Source: an uncultured bacterium (lineage in GTDB: Bacteria; Patescibacteriota; Minisyncoccia; Phycocordibacterales; UBA6065). Taken from it: a stretch of DNA of 46,079 nucleotides. The position numbers were made by a program, and so were the translations under genes. The stretch covers positions 1-46,079 of the forward strand of contig CAIMLU010000010.1 of the NCBI GenBank assembly GCA_903842365.1, written 5' to 3'. Of this stretch, positions 29,437 through 38,942 are shown piece after piece (within the stretch, counting starts at the first letter, position 1; every line of letters starts with the position of its first letter). The notes beneath the pieces were generated by a model. The model did not search any database and was not told the origin of the DNA. It saw only the letters and a list, made by a program, of their open reading frames with translations.

Positions 29437-29880
29437 TTATTTGTAAACTTTAAAAACAGTCGATGGTGAAAATGTTACCGATGTACATTTGGTTGAATCA
29501 AACGCTTCCATGCTTGATGGTGCGCTCTCTACAACAATACCAAGACAGTAATGTTTGTTTGATGAAGCAATCCGTTCGTACCGATAATTTTCTCCAATAG
29601 GTGGAACTGGTGGTACAACTGTTTGTGATAAAAACCCACCAGTCTTAAGAGGGTCTTGCCAAGTGGTACCACCAGTGGTTCCATCCACTGTTGGTGGGTA
29701 CTCACGATTAACGTCTTTGTATAATTCAAGAGCAAGTTGTAATTCACGAATGTCAGCCTGACGACGAAGGTCACGCGACTTTGCGCGTGATGCACTTGTC
29801 GAAGCGATAACAACCGTTGTGAGTATTGTCGCAATAGCAACAACAACCATAAGCTCGATCAGTGTAAATCCCCTTTTCAT
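29437..29880 (-). CDS. type IV pilin
   Basis: MKRG|FTLIELMVVVAIATIL prepilin motif. 147 aa. Confidence 0.8.
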   Translation of the reverse strand: MKRGFTLIELMVVVAIATILTTVVIASTSASRAKSRDLRRQADIRELQLALELYKDVNREYPPTVDGTTGGTTWQDPLKTGGFLSQTVVPPVPPIGENYRYERIASSNKHYCLGIVVESAPSSMEAFDSTKCTSVTFSPSTVFKVYK

Positions 29881-29961
29881 ATATCGTGAATTATACCGCG
29901 CAAACTCTTTTTAAGGAAACAAAAAAACCGCCATAAGGCGGTTTTTTGTTTTAAAGAAAAC

Positions 29962-30387
29962 TTAACAAGATGTCGAAGCTGCTGTAAGAGTTGATGTAGT
30001 AGTTGATTTCGAAGCACCTGATGAGTCAACACACCACCATGAACCACCCTTGAGGGTTGCTGCTGCTACCCATGACTCACTACCAGTTGGAATGTTACAG
30101 TTGATGGCAGTCGCATTGCTTGTGATGTTTGCAATGATGCCAGTTGAACTTGCAAAGAAGCTAGCTGCTGTGTTACATGCCAAACCAACTGCGCCATATG
30201 AGCCACCATTTGCATCAAAGAACATTTCTGCCTGTGAGCGGAGCTGACCCATGGCTGCCTTTGCTGCTGCATCAGCACCCTTTGAACGTGCAGTGTTAAG
30301 TGATGCGAGAACGATCGAAGCCAAGATGCCGATGATGGCGATGACGACGAGGAGCTCGATCAAGGTGAAACCTTTTGAATTCTTCAT
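29962..30387 (-). CDS. pilA: type IV pilin (candidate major pilin) with a C-terminal Cys-bounded Ser/Thr-rich loop
   Basis: MKNSKG|[31 protein letters not shown]. It has its own upstream non-coding region of about 320 nt and a strong terminator (29923-29950). It ends ...[25 protein letters not shown]. Confidence 0.8.
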   Translation of the reverse strand: MKNSKGFTLIELLVVIAIIGILASIVLASLNTARSKGADAAAKAAMGQLRSQAEMFFDANGGSYGAVGLACNTAASFFASSTGIIANITSNATAINCNIPTGSESWVAAATLKGGSWWCVDSSGASKSTTTSTLTAASTSC

Positions 30388-30707
30388 AGTGAAGTGATTG
30401 ATATATTACGTACTTAATAAAGATTCACAGATTCCCGCCGAAGCACTCGAACGTCTTTTGCAAGCGATTCGGTGGGCTCTGGAATCTGTATCTCGCGAAA
30501 TCCTTGCGCGGGATGCGCATATTGTACCATAAAGTGATGAATGGGTGTTATGGAAAGATATCCACACAACAACCCACATCTCTTGAACAAAGCGATTAGA
30601 AATTGGAAGTGCCCTCGTAGCATGACATGTTTTCATTCACGAAAACAAAAATACTCTTGTGGTGCAAAAAAACCACCCGAGGGTGGTTTTTTTGTTTTAA
30701 AGAAAAC

Positions 30708-30944
30708 TTAACAAGATGTCGAAGCTGCTGTGAGAGTTACGGTTGATGTTGATTTCGAAGCACCGGTTGAGTCTACGCACCAATAAGTGCCAGTGTCTTG
30801 AGAGGGTGTGATAACTGCCCATGCTATTGGAATAACGCTGTAGGTTATACCCTCAACTACATCAGTAATACCCTTGGTAATAGCTGTTGAACTTGCGAGG
30901 AAACTCATGTTGCAACCAGCATCAATTCCATTTCCATCGGACCA
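30708..30944 (-). pseudogene. leader-less, promoter-less pilin C-terminal cassette (homologous to the variable and C-terminal part of the 29962-30387 pilin)
   Basis: The frame is open from 30944, immediately after an in-frame TAA at 30945-30947. It has no prepilin leader or alpha-1 helix. It reads ...DAGCNMSFLASSTAITKG...[25 protein letters not shown]. Its 3' end plus 3' UTR (30687-30785) duplicates 29942-30040, with the first 44 nt identical. Confidence 0.65.
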
Positions 30945-30956
30945 TTAATAAGCGTA

Positions 30957-31364
30957 TTAGTTACAGGTAGTTCCCGACCGTGTCGTAGACGCAGAAAGAC
31001 CTTTTGAATCAACACACCAAATTGGCCCACCCTGGAGCGTTGCTGAAACCGCCCATGCGTTACCGTTTGCCTCACAAGCAAGTGTGCCTGGTTTAATACG
31101 GGTATTTATGTTTGCAAAAATATGTGCAAGCGAATTAAACATATCATTCCCCGCACAGTCGATCGTAAATACTCCATAATCATGGTACGTATCAAAATAT
31201 ATTTCTGCCTGTGCGCGGAGCTGACCCATGGCTGACTTTGCAGCACCATCAACACCTTTTGTACGCACAACATTAAGAGACGACATTACAATCGCTGCAA
31301 GTATTCCAATAATAGAAATAACAACGAGGAGTTCCATAAGTGTAAAACCTGATGATGGTCGCAT
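30957..31364 (-). CDS. type IV pilin
   Basis: MRPSSG|FTLMELLVVISIIGILAAIVMSSLNVVRTKG. The Met at 31364 was chosen. The C-terminal region WCVDSKGLSASTTRSGTTCN is related to the other pilins. Confidence 0.8.
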   Translation of the reverse strand: MRPSSGFTLMELLVVISIIGILAAIVMSSLNVVRTKGVDGAAKSAMGQLRAQAEIYFDTYHDYGVFTIDCAGNDMFNSLAHIFANINTRIKPGTLACEANGNAWAVSATLQGGPIWCVDSKGLSASTTRSGTTCN

Positions 31365-31488
31365 TGTATATACAATAAAAAGTAATTGGTTGAGATCATT
31401 AGGGTATAAGTCCGGCAATATCCATGGAGCATCGAAACGGTATCGCTAATGAAGATCATTCTGAGTATACCTTTGATTCAGTCAAATA

Positions 31489-31520
31489 AAAAGAAGCGTG
31501 TTGTACTACGCTTCTTTTTA
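31489..31520 (-). terminator. intrinsic terminator after pilC
   Basis: aaaagaagcgt-gttgtact-acgcttctttt hairpin. Confidence 0.55.
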
Positions 31521-31541
31521 CACATATACTGTAGAAACAGT

Positions 31542-32750
31542 CTATGAAATATTTGAGGATAGGTTGTAGATAGGAACAAGAACCGCAGTAAGGAGAAAAC
31601 CAACACCCAAACCAAGAGCGACGATCATTATTGGTTCAATAAGGTCAACCATAGTGTCAACGGCGCTCGTCACCTCACGACGATAAAAGTTTGAGAGGGT
31701 CTTTAATATGCTGCCTAATTCTCCAGACTCTTCACCAACCTTGATCATCTGAATCATAATCGATGGAATCTCTTTTTTATTCGAAAGCGCATCAGACACC
31801 GTCCTACCTGCCTTCACTGAATCCATCGCCTCGGCTATGATGTCTCTATAAATAACATTTCCAACAACTCCGGAGGTAAGTTCGAGAGCACGTACCATAG
31901 GAATTCCAGACACAAGCATTGTATTCATGTTGTCTGAGATACGTGAAAGGTACAATTTTTGGTAGAGATTCTTTACCACAGGAATAACTATTTTTGCTTC
32001 ATCAAGCGATCTCTTGCCCCCTTCTGTTTTAAAGAATTGGTACAAGAAGAATCCCCCGACAGCCGCAATGATAAGAATAAAGTACCCGTAGTGAACAAAA
32101 AATTGACTGATTCCAATAACAACCTGTGTGTAGAGCGGAATTGCTTGCCCCGATTCAGTGATAATTGCACTGATTTTTGGAATAACGAGTGTAAGCATGA
32201 GAACCATAACGGATATGAAGGTAAAGACAACGAACGCAGGATACACAAGGGCGTTCTTTGCTTTCGAGTTTACTTCGTACGTACGATCAAGGTGATCAGC
32301 AAGATAATTGAAAATCTCATCCAATCGACCTGACTCTTCACCAGACTTTACCATGTTTACATAGAAATCAGAGAAGACCTTTGGGTGCTTTGAAAGCGCT
32401 TTTGAAATAGAACTACCACCCTGCAAATCATCAGACACTTCATTCAACACGCGCGAGAGAACGTACGACGATGATTCACCTCCAAGAAGTCTAAATATAC
32501 GGAGAGCAGAAACTTGGGCGGTAAAGAGTGTTGCCATCTGTCTTGAGAGAACGACGACGTCTTTTTGTTTCACTCCACCAAAGAACGTAAAATCTTTTTT
32601 AAAGAAAGAGACGTTTTCAGCAGGTGTAACAGCACTCACAATAAGCCCACGCCTTTGAAGGGATGAGATGGCAACATCCATACTAACCGCATCAATCGAA
32701 CCGTGTGATTCGGCCCCTTTTTGATCAAGAGCCTTATAATTAAAAAGCAT
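31542..32750 (-). CDS. pilC: type IV pilus platform protein PilC (GspF/T2SS-F family)
   Basis: 402 aa with two T2SSF repeats (...LSKALSKHPKVFSDFYVNMVKSGEESGRLD... and ...VSDALSNKKEIPSIMIQMIKVGEESGELG...). Confidence 0.9.
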   Translation of the reverse strand: MLFNYKALDQKGAESHGSIDAVSMDVAISSLQRRGLIVSAVTPAENVSFFKKDFTFFGGVKQKDVVVLSRQMATLFTAQVSALRIFRLLGGESSSYVLSRVLNEVSDDLQGGSSISKALSKHPKVFSDFYVNMVKSGEESGRLDEIFNYLADHLDRTYEVNSKAKNALVYPAFVVFTFISVMVLMLTLVIPKISAIITESGQAIPLYTQVVIGISQFFVHYGYFILIIAAVGGFFLYQFFKTEGGKRSLDEAKIVIPVVKNLYQKLYLSRISDNMNTMLVSGIPMVRALELTSGVVGNVIYRDIIAEAMDSVKAGRTVSDALSNKKEIPSIMIQMIKVGEESGELGSILKTLSNFYRREVTSAVDTMVDLIEPIMIVALGLGVGFLLTAVLVPIYNLSSNIS

Positions 32751-32769
32751 ATGTATACACTATATATGA

Positions 32770-33831
32770 TTATATAAGCCGTTCGAGAATTTGTGGGTTT
32801 GGGGAATATTGAATCGCATTCTCGACAGTTATTTCACCTTTTCGCACAAGTTCTGACAAACAACGATTCATATCGATCATGTCATTTTCCATGCCGGTCT
32901 CAATGAGGGTATTGATTTCATGAATTCGTTTTTCACGAATAAGGTTTGCAACTGCTGGGTTTACCACAAGCAATTCATATGCAGGGACAAGACCTCCTGA
33001 AATACGAGGAATGAGGCGCTGTGAAAAGATTCCGGTAAGCGTCGATGCAAGTTGAATACGGATCTGATCCTGCTGAGCCGCTGGAAACGAGTCGATAATG
33101 CGGTTGATAGTCTGTGCGGCGGTGTTGGTGTGGAGAGTTGAAAAAACCAAGTGACCTGTCTCCGCTGCGGTTACTGCGGTTGCCATTGTTTCAGTTCCAC
33201 GCATTTCACCGATAAGAATAACATCGACATCCTGACGAAAAACGCTTCTGAGTGCAGTTGAAAAGTCATACGTATCTACACGCACTTCACGTTGATCGAC
33301 AACAGATTTTTTTTGTTTGTACGTATATTCAATGGGGTCTTCGATTGTAACAATATGCTCCGCACTGTTTTCATTAATTCTATCGACCATCGCAGCAAGC
33401 GTTGTTGATTTACCATGTCCAACAGGACCCACGACGAGAAAGAATCCTTGTTGCTTTTCAGTAAAACGTTCGAGGATTGATGGTAGGTTTAGTTCTTCAA
33501 AAGAACGAATTCTGTTTGGGATGAGGCGGAACGCAAACGACACAGCACCCTGTTGAAAGAACCCGTTGCCACGGAAACGGGCAGTATCGCCATGCGCATA
33601 CGAAAAGTCTATTTCTTTATTTTTTATAAAAAGCGCCTTGTCGTCTGGATTCAAAACAACACCCATAAACTTGAGCGTATCTTCTTTGGTAAGAATTTTC
33701 TTACTCATTATAGGAACAAGAAAACCCGACACACGAATGGTTGGGTAACGTCCATCAGAGATATGCAAGTCCGAAGCGGACTCCTTCATAACGATATCTA
33801 TTAAATCCTGAAATTCTTGTTTGTAATCCAT
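32770..33831 (-). CDS. pilT: twitching-motility retraction ATPase PilT
   Basis: 353 aa. Walker A GPVGHGKST, Asp box, Walker B ILIGEMRG, His box TGHLVFSTLHT. Confidence 0.9.
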   Translation of the reverse strand: MDYKQEFQDLIDIVMKESASDLHISDGRYPTIRVSGFLVPIMSKKILTKEDTLKFMGVVLNPDDKALFIKNKEIDFSYAHGDTARFRGNGFFQQGAVSFAFRLIPNRIRSFEELNLPSILERFTEKQQGFFLVVGPVGHGKSTTLAAMVDRINENSAEHIVTIEDPIEYTYKQKKSVVDQREVRVDTYDFSTALRSVFRQDVDVILIGEMRGTETMATAVTAAETGHLVFSTLHTNTAAQTINRIIDSFPAAQQDQIRIQLASTLTGIFSQRLIPRISGGLVPAYELLVVNPAVANLIREKRIHEINTLIETGMENDMIDMNRCLSELVRKGEITVENAIQYSPNPQILERLI

Positions 33832-33865
33832 GGACTAAGGAACTATAAAAGTGAGATGTGTAAAA

Positions 33866-34285
33866 CTAAACTGCTTTTGCCACCTTTGAACCGCGATGTT
33901 CGTCATATATCTTTCGAACCTCAACCAAAACTTCCGAAGGAATAGTGCTTGCTTTAACGATGTACCCTTCAACCCCTAACGCCTGTGCTGCATTAATATC
34001 AGACGACTGACCTTGATTTGTAAGCATTACAACAACCGACTGTTCGGCAAGCTTTTCTGTTTTGATTATCTTTAAGAGTTCAAGACCCGTCATGTACGGC
34101 ATGATGATGTCGAGCACCAAGATATCTGGCTTTGCTGCGCCTGAACGAAGCCTTACGAGGGCGTCTGGAGAACCGTTAATAGCTTCTACGTCGTAGCCAT
34201 TATTCTGGAATTTAAGAGCATACATCCCCAGGAGGAATTTATCGTCGTCAACAATCATTATGCTTAATTTCTTTTCGTCTGCCAT
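33866..34285 (-). CDS. single-domain response regulator (CheY-like receiver only)
   Basis: IMIVDDD acidic pocket, phospho-acceptor context ILVLDIIMP, conserved T (MLTN) and K (YIVKA). No output domain. Confidence 0.85.
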   Translation of the reverse strand: MADEKKLSIMIVDDDKFLLGMYALKFQNNGYDVEAINGSPDALVRLRSGAAKPDILVLDIIMPYMTGLELLKIIKTEKLAEQSVVVMLTNQGQSSDINAAQALGVEGYIVKASTIPSEVLVEVRKIYDEHRGSKVAKAV

Positions 34286-34328
34286 AAATATAGATGGAAT
34301 TAATGTAATGTGTTTCTAAAGTATACCA

Positions 34329-36047
34329 TTAAAGCTCATTAACGGCGCTCCATGGAATCTTTTTATCGAATGCCTTCATCATTGCGTCTTCTTTCATTGT
34401 TGTAAAGCCCTTCAATCGAGCAATCTTGAAGAGATCCTCTTCTGACTTATTTGCAAGAATCGCACGTTCAAATTCATGATCAAATTCAACAACTTCAGCA
34501 ACTGCAACACGACCCTTAATACCTGTCGGGTAAATATTAGATGGCTCTGCGCTATACACGTTCTCACCAATCTTAATCCCCGCTCGATATTCGGCTGGTA
34601 AATCTTCGAATTCCTTTTCAAGCATAATTTTTATGCTGTCCTGCACAGGAATGGCTTTCTCACATCCTGGCGCGATTTTACCAACAAGACGTTGTGCGAG
34701 CGTCATGATAAGTGTTGGTGCAATAAGATACGGATCAACCCCCATATCAACAAGACGGGCAACGACTCCAATGGCTGTGTTGGTGTGGATGGTTGAAATA
34801 ACCAAGTGACCTGTAAGTGCCGCCTGAATTGCAAGCTGGGCTGTCTCACGGTCACGAATTTCACCCACCATAATAATATCTGGATCTTGACGAAGCGCTG
34901 TTCGTAATCCATTTGCGAACGAATACCCAATATCTGCACGAACTTGAGATTGGTTAACACCTTCAATGTTGTACTCAACAGGATCTTCAAGTGTTAGGAT
35001 ATTTACCTTTTCATCATTGAGCTCACTCATCATCGCTGACACGGTTGTTGATTTACCGGAACCAGTAGGACCAGAAATAAGAATCATTCCGTACGGTCGA
35101 CCCATTGCACGGCGTATAGCGTCTATGATTCTTTGATCAAAACCAATGTCCTCAATTTTTTTAACGCCCGCATCTTGGTCCAAAATACGCATAACCACTT
35201 TTTCACCATGGTATGCGGGAAATGTTGAAACACGGAAGTCTATTTTTTTTCCTTCGATTCGAGCCGAGAAGCGACCGTCTTGCGGCTTACGCTTCTCGTC
35301 GAGTTTCATGTTTGAAAGTATTTTGATACGTGCGACAACAGCCTCATGCACTTTCATAGGCAGAACGAGTGAAGTGAAAAGGTCACCGTCAACACGAAAC
35401 CTCACACGCAACCTATCAACCATACGTTCAATGTGAACGTCTGACGCTGAACCTTCAACCGCGTAACGCAAAATTGTCGCTACGATTTTAGTAACAGGGG
35501 CGTCTTCTATGATAGTTGCCTTTGAATCCCCCGCCCCAGGTTCTGGTTTTTTGGGAGCCGCATCGGCATCAATATCAGCAATATCAGTCTCAAGTTCAGA
35601 AAGAGCCTTGGTAACCTCACCGGAAAGACCACGGTATAATTGTACCGATTGGACGAAATCAGCCTCAGAAACAAGAAAGGCTTTGAATGGCATTTTCGCA
35701 CGCGCAGAAATAAAGTTAAGCGCATCACGTGCCTCTATATCATCTGGATCAACGATACCAACTTCGAGCACCCCCTGGCGCACAGCAATAGGTATGAATT
35801 TATAATGATTAGCTGATTCTTCGGGAATAAACTGTAGGACATCAAAAGGAATTTCAACGCCACTTAAACTCATCGCAGAAATACCATAATATTCACTCTT
35901 TGCAAGGAGGATATCGTTCTCTGAAACACCGTGCTTCTGGAGGACATGTTCGGTTGTTTCGCCAGTCATCCGCGTATCTTCCTGAATGGCAATTAACGCC
36001 TTTTTATCGATTTTTTTTTGCTCGAGGAGAATATCAAGTATTGTCAT
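34329..36047 (-). CDS. pilB: type IV pilus assembly ATPase PilB (GspE family)
   Basis: 572 aa. N-terminal T2SSE_N-like domain, Walker A GPTGSGKST, Walker B IMVGEIRD, His box TGHLVISTIHT. The usual tetracysteine motif is not evident. Confidence 0.9.
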   Translation of the reverse strand: MTILDILLEQKKIDKKALIAIQEDTRMTGETTEHVLQKHGVSENDILLAKSEYYGISAMSLSGVEIPFDVLQFIPEESANHYKFIPIAVRQGVLEVGIVDPDDIEARDALNFISARAKMPFKAFLVSEADFVQSVQLYRGLSGEVTKALSELETDIADIDADAAPKKPEPGAGDSKATIIEDAPVTKIVATILRYAVEGSASDVHIERMVDRLRVRFRVDGDLFTSLVLPMKVHEAVVARIKILSNMKLDEKRKPQDGRFSARIEGKKIDFRVSTFPAYHGEKVVMRILDQDAGVKKIEDIGFDQRIIDAIRRAMGRPYGMILISGPTGSGKSTTVSAMMSELNDEKVNILTLEDPVEYNIEGVNQSQVRADIGYSFANGLRTALRQDPDIIMVGEIRDRETAQLAIQAALTGHLVISTIHTNTAIGVVARLVDMGVDPYLIAPTLIMTLAQRLVGKIAPGCEKAIPVQDSIKIMLEKEFEDLPAEYRAGIKIGENVYSAEPSNIYPTGIKGRVAVAEVVEFDHEFERAILANKSEEDLFKIARLKGFTTMKEDAMMKAFDKKIPWSAVNEL

Positions 36048-36067
36048 TATAAATGAAAGCTAAAAAA

Positions 36068-36451
36068 CTATCGCTTAACTTGAGTTACAGGAGCAACTGC
36101 ACGAATCGCACTATCACCCACCGAAGAACTTGTTGCAGTAATAGGAAGAGGTGAAAATGGATTTGGCCTTCCTTCTGGTTGAACCTGGACTGGTTGTGCA
36201 AAATCAGAAAGACTTACAAAGAGAGGGTCAGTAAAGATTGATTCATCAAAAGTAACTTTCGAGACTCGTTCAAGTGATTCAATAATTGGATCCTTAACAC
36301 GAGTATCAACGGATTGAGAAGTGAGTCCGCTTTCTTCATTTATAGCAGGAGAACGATCCCTTCCGATATAGGCATACATACCGCCTATAACACCACCCGC
36401 AACACAGATAGCGATAATCGTATTCACAAGACTGTTTGTTGATCCATTCAT
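36068..36451 (-). CDS. hypothetical single-pass membrane protein in the PilP position
   Basis: TM helix TIIAICVAGGVIGGMYAYI, then a Pro-rich tail. Located between pilO and pilB. Confidence 0.5.
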   Translation of the reverse strand: MNGSTNSLVNTIIAICVAGGVIGGMYAYIGRDRSPAINEESGLTSQSVDTRVKDPIIESLERVSKVTFDESIFTDPLFVSLSDFAQPVQVQPEGRPNPFSPLPITATSSSVGDSAIRAVAPVTQVKR

Positions 36452-36461
36452 GGTGGTTGTT

Positions 36462-36998
36462 TTACTTAAGCCAATAAGTTCGAGCTGTTACAGAGAAGTC
36501 GTACAGACCCGCATCGTTTGCTGCAAACTGAATGCCCGTGACATCTATGAGACGAAGGGATTTTTCAAGCGAACCAAGGAATGCAATGAACGCTACGTAC
36601 GACCCTGTTGTTGAAAATGACATCGAAAGCGTTCCGTATGCTTTCCTATCAACACCAATCGAATTACGAGCCGCGGTTGTTTCAGCTTTAAAATTCCTCA
36701 CGCGCATATGGTAATTTTTCCATGCAACACCTTCATCAAGATCGATAATAAGCCGAATGTTATCGATTGAAGATGGAAGCATTTTTTCAATCTTTTCTTT
36801 GTATTCGTCACTTATTGCATCAAATGCAGTTATTTTTTCCTGATATTGCGAATCAAGGTTAACGGCGTTTTTGAGTGTTAGATTTAAAGACTCCTGGTTC
36901 TTTTTTGTCTCGAGTATTGTCGCATACTGCGGATCAATAAACCCAAAAAAGATTCCAACCGAAACGAGTATGAGTACAATCGATGTAATGTTCGTCAT
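36462..36998 (-). CDS. pilO: PilO-like pilus assembly protein
   Basis: N-terminal TM helix, a coiled coil and a C-terminal ferredoxin-like region. The call rests on position after pilN. Confidence 0.6.
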   Translation of the reverse strand: MTNITSIVLILVSVGIFFGFIDPQYATILETKKNQESLNLTLKNAVNLDSQYQEKITAFDAISDEYKEKIEKMLPSSIDNIRLIIDLDEGVAWKNYHMRVRNFKAETTAARNSIGVDRKAYGTLSMSFSTTGSYVAFIAFLGSLEKSLRLIDVTGIQFAANDAGLYDFSVTARTYWLK

Positions 36999-37003
36999 AG
37001 GTT

Positions 37004-37660
37004 TTATTGGTTAGAGGTAGAGGTACCAGTAGTAGAGACGGAAGTAGAGGTACTAACAGTAGTAGGTTTTGGTACTGAGATCAAGTTTGAATACGCTATC
37101 GTCTTTGGGTTAATTGTCCCCACAACACTAAAACCAACCGTGCTATCAGACTGAAGGGCTAAATCACCAATCACAAATTCACGAAAGGTTCCCTGCCTCG
37201 TAAAAAAATCAGATTGATAAGCAATGGCAGAAAAGCTGATGGCTTCGCCTTTGAGTGTCACTGTTATTTTATCATCCGAGAGGTATTGGTATGAAAAATC
37301 ACGGAATCGAACAGTCCCAACGGTTGAGGTTGATAGTATTTTAAAAAACTGAGAGAAAGCGAGATGACCCCTAAGAAGACCTTTTGCCGATTCAATACGT
37401 GCATCGAACGGAATAGCTTTATTGTTGATCCAATTTAGATCAATTCTATTTTGATATTTTTTAATCTCCTCTCCAGTGGTAATAATATCCTTGTTTACCA
37501 TGTTTTTATACAAAAATACGCCACCCGTACTAGCAAGAGTCATGACGAATATCATAATAGAAACAACTGAAAAGAGATTTATCGTGCTCTTTTGTGTCTG
37601 GACAGATTGAGTGACAGACGCCTTCTTTGGTATGAACGAAGTTTGAAATCGAGGTTCCAT
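37004..37660 (-). CDS. pilN: PilN-like pilus assembly protein with a Ser/Thr-rich C-terminus
   Basis: Short cytoplasmic N-terminus (FQTSFIPKK), one TM helix and a periplasmic-type domain. Immediately downstream of pilM. Tail is PKPTTVSTSTSVSTTGTSTSNQ. Confidence 0.6.
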   Translation of the reverse strand: MEPRFQTSFIPKKASVTQSVQTQKSTINLFSVVSIMIFVMTLASTGGVFLYKNMVNKDIITTGEEIKKYQNRIDLNWINNKAIPFDARIESAKGLLRGHLAFSQFFKILSTSTVGTVRFRDFSYQYLSDDKITVTLKGEAISFSAIAYQSDFFTRQGTFREFVIGDLALQSDSTVGFSVVGTINPKTIAYSNLISVPKPTTVSTSTSVSTTGTSTSNQ

Positions 37661-37784
37661 GTTGTATATGGTTACGAGTGCACAGAGCACCCGAAAGCTA
37701 TGCCGACTATTCTATCACCCGACACCGCTTGTGGCTATCCACACTTTTTTAAAAAACATCCGCCGTTCACAACGTGGATGTTTT

Positions 37785-38909
37785 TTAATCTTGGAGCTGT
37801 TTTAACGCAAGACCAATAGCAACTGCAAACCCGGGACCTGCTGCTTTCAAAACTGGTTCAAGGAAAGCAGGAGTTTCTGTTTTTGCGAATGGATCGCCGA
37901 GGACAACTTCAATCTGGAACTTGGCACGTGCAAGTTCCAAAAACCCTTTGAGAAGAGATCCACCGCCAGTGAGAATAACGCGTGAGACATTTTTTCCTGT
38001 TTTTTTCTGATAGTTCAAAATAACACGATTTGTTTCAGTAAAAACATAATCAAGGTTGAGTGAAATAACTTCCCTCACCTGTCTCTTTTCAGGTTCATTT
38101 GAAATACCAACTGTTCGTTTAATGTGTTCAGCGTCGCCAACTGACATTGAAAGTGATCGTGAGAGAGCGAGAGTGATTTCTTGTGAACCACGGTTAACCG
38201 TATGTGCTGCGTGCAACACATTCCTGTCTATAATATAAAGCTTTGTTGAACCTGCCCCCATATCAAAAACAAGTTCAGCATCAAGTGATTGTTCGATGAT
38301 GGCGCGCATACTACTAAAAATTTCTATCTCGAGGGCGTTCGTTTGTAGATTCGCGTCACGTAATATTTGATTGTACTTTGAAAGAACATCGTTGTGAATA
38401 ACAGCAAGAAGGACTTCGGACGACTGTGGCCCATCAGTTTTCCTCGCTTCTTCGTGCGCCTCGAATTCATTAGTAAATTCGTGAACGTTCTCTGGAATGA
38501 CCGACCAGTTCAATGAAACTTCGGTAATAGGGACAGGAATATACTTGCGCGCCTCAAGAGGAACCGCCGTCTCAAGTTGACGTGGATCAGACGTTGGCAT
38601 TTTAATAAATGAAATAAGACTCGCAGATGCGGGGATGGACATTCCACAAACAGTGGTGCTTACATTTGCTTCCTTAATCAGATCCTTGAGGGCTTCAACA
38701 ATTTTTTCCTGCGGAAGATTTGTCGCTCGACCAATTTCAGTTCCAGCGTAAGGTCCGAGGGATAACTCTCCGTATGTTTCAAGAATCGCTTTACCATTTT
38801 TCTTTCGTAATTGAACAACTTTTATGGCAGAAGATCCGATATCAACACCAAGAACACTTTCTGGCGTTTTCTTGAAGAAGGTATTAAAGAGTGAGCTTAA
38901 ATTGAACAT
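37785..38909 (-). CDS. pilM: type IV pilus assembly protein PilM (actin-like ATPase fold)
   Basis: 374 aa. VLGVDIGSSAIKVVQL phosphate-1 motif, DMGAGSTKLYII, LTGGGSLLKG. Confidence 0.85.
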   Translation of the reverse strand: MFNLSSLFNTFFKKTPESVLGVDIGSSAIKVVQLRKKNGKAILETYGELSLGPYAGTEIGRATNLPQEKIVEALKDLIKEANVSTTVCGMSIPASASLISFIKMPTSDPRQLETAVPLEARKYIPVPITEVSLNWSVIPENVHEFTNEFEAHEEARKTDGPQSSEVLLAVIHNDVLSKYNQILRDANLQTNALEIEIFSSMRAIIEQSLDAELVFDMGAGSTKLYIIDRNVLHAAHTVNRGSQEITLALSRSLSMSVGDAEHIKRTVGISNEPEKRQVREVISLNLDYVFTETNRVILNYQKKTGKNVSRVILTGGGSLLKGFLELARAKFQIEVVLGDPFAKTETPAFLEPVLKAAGPGFAVAIGLALKQLQD

Positions 38910-38942
38910 AGCAATAGAACCAATTTAGTATATCATAAAGAA

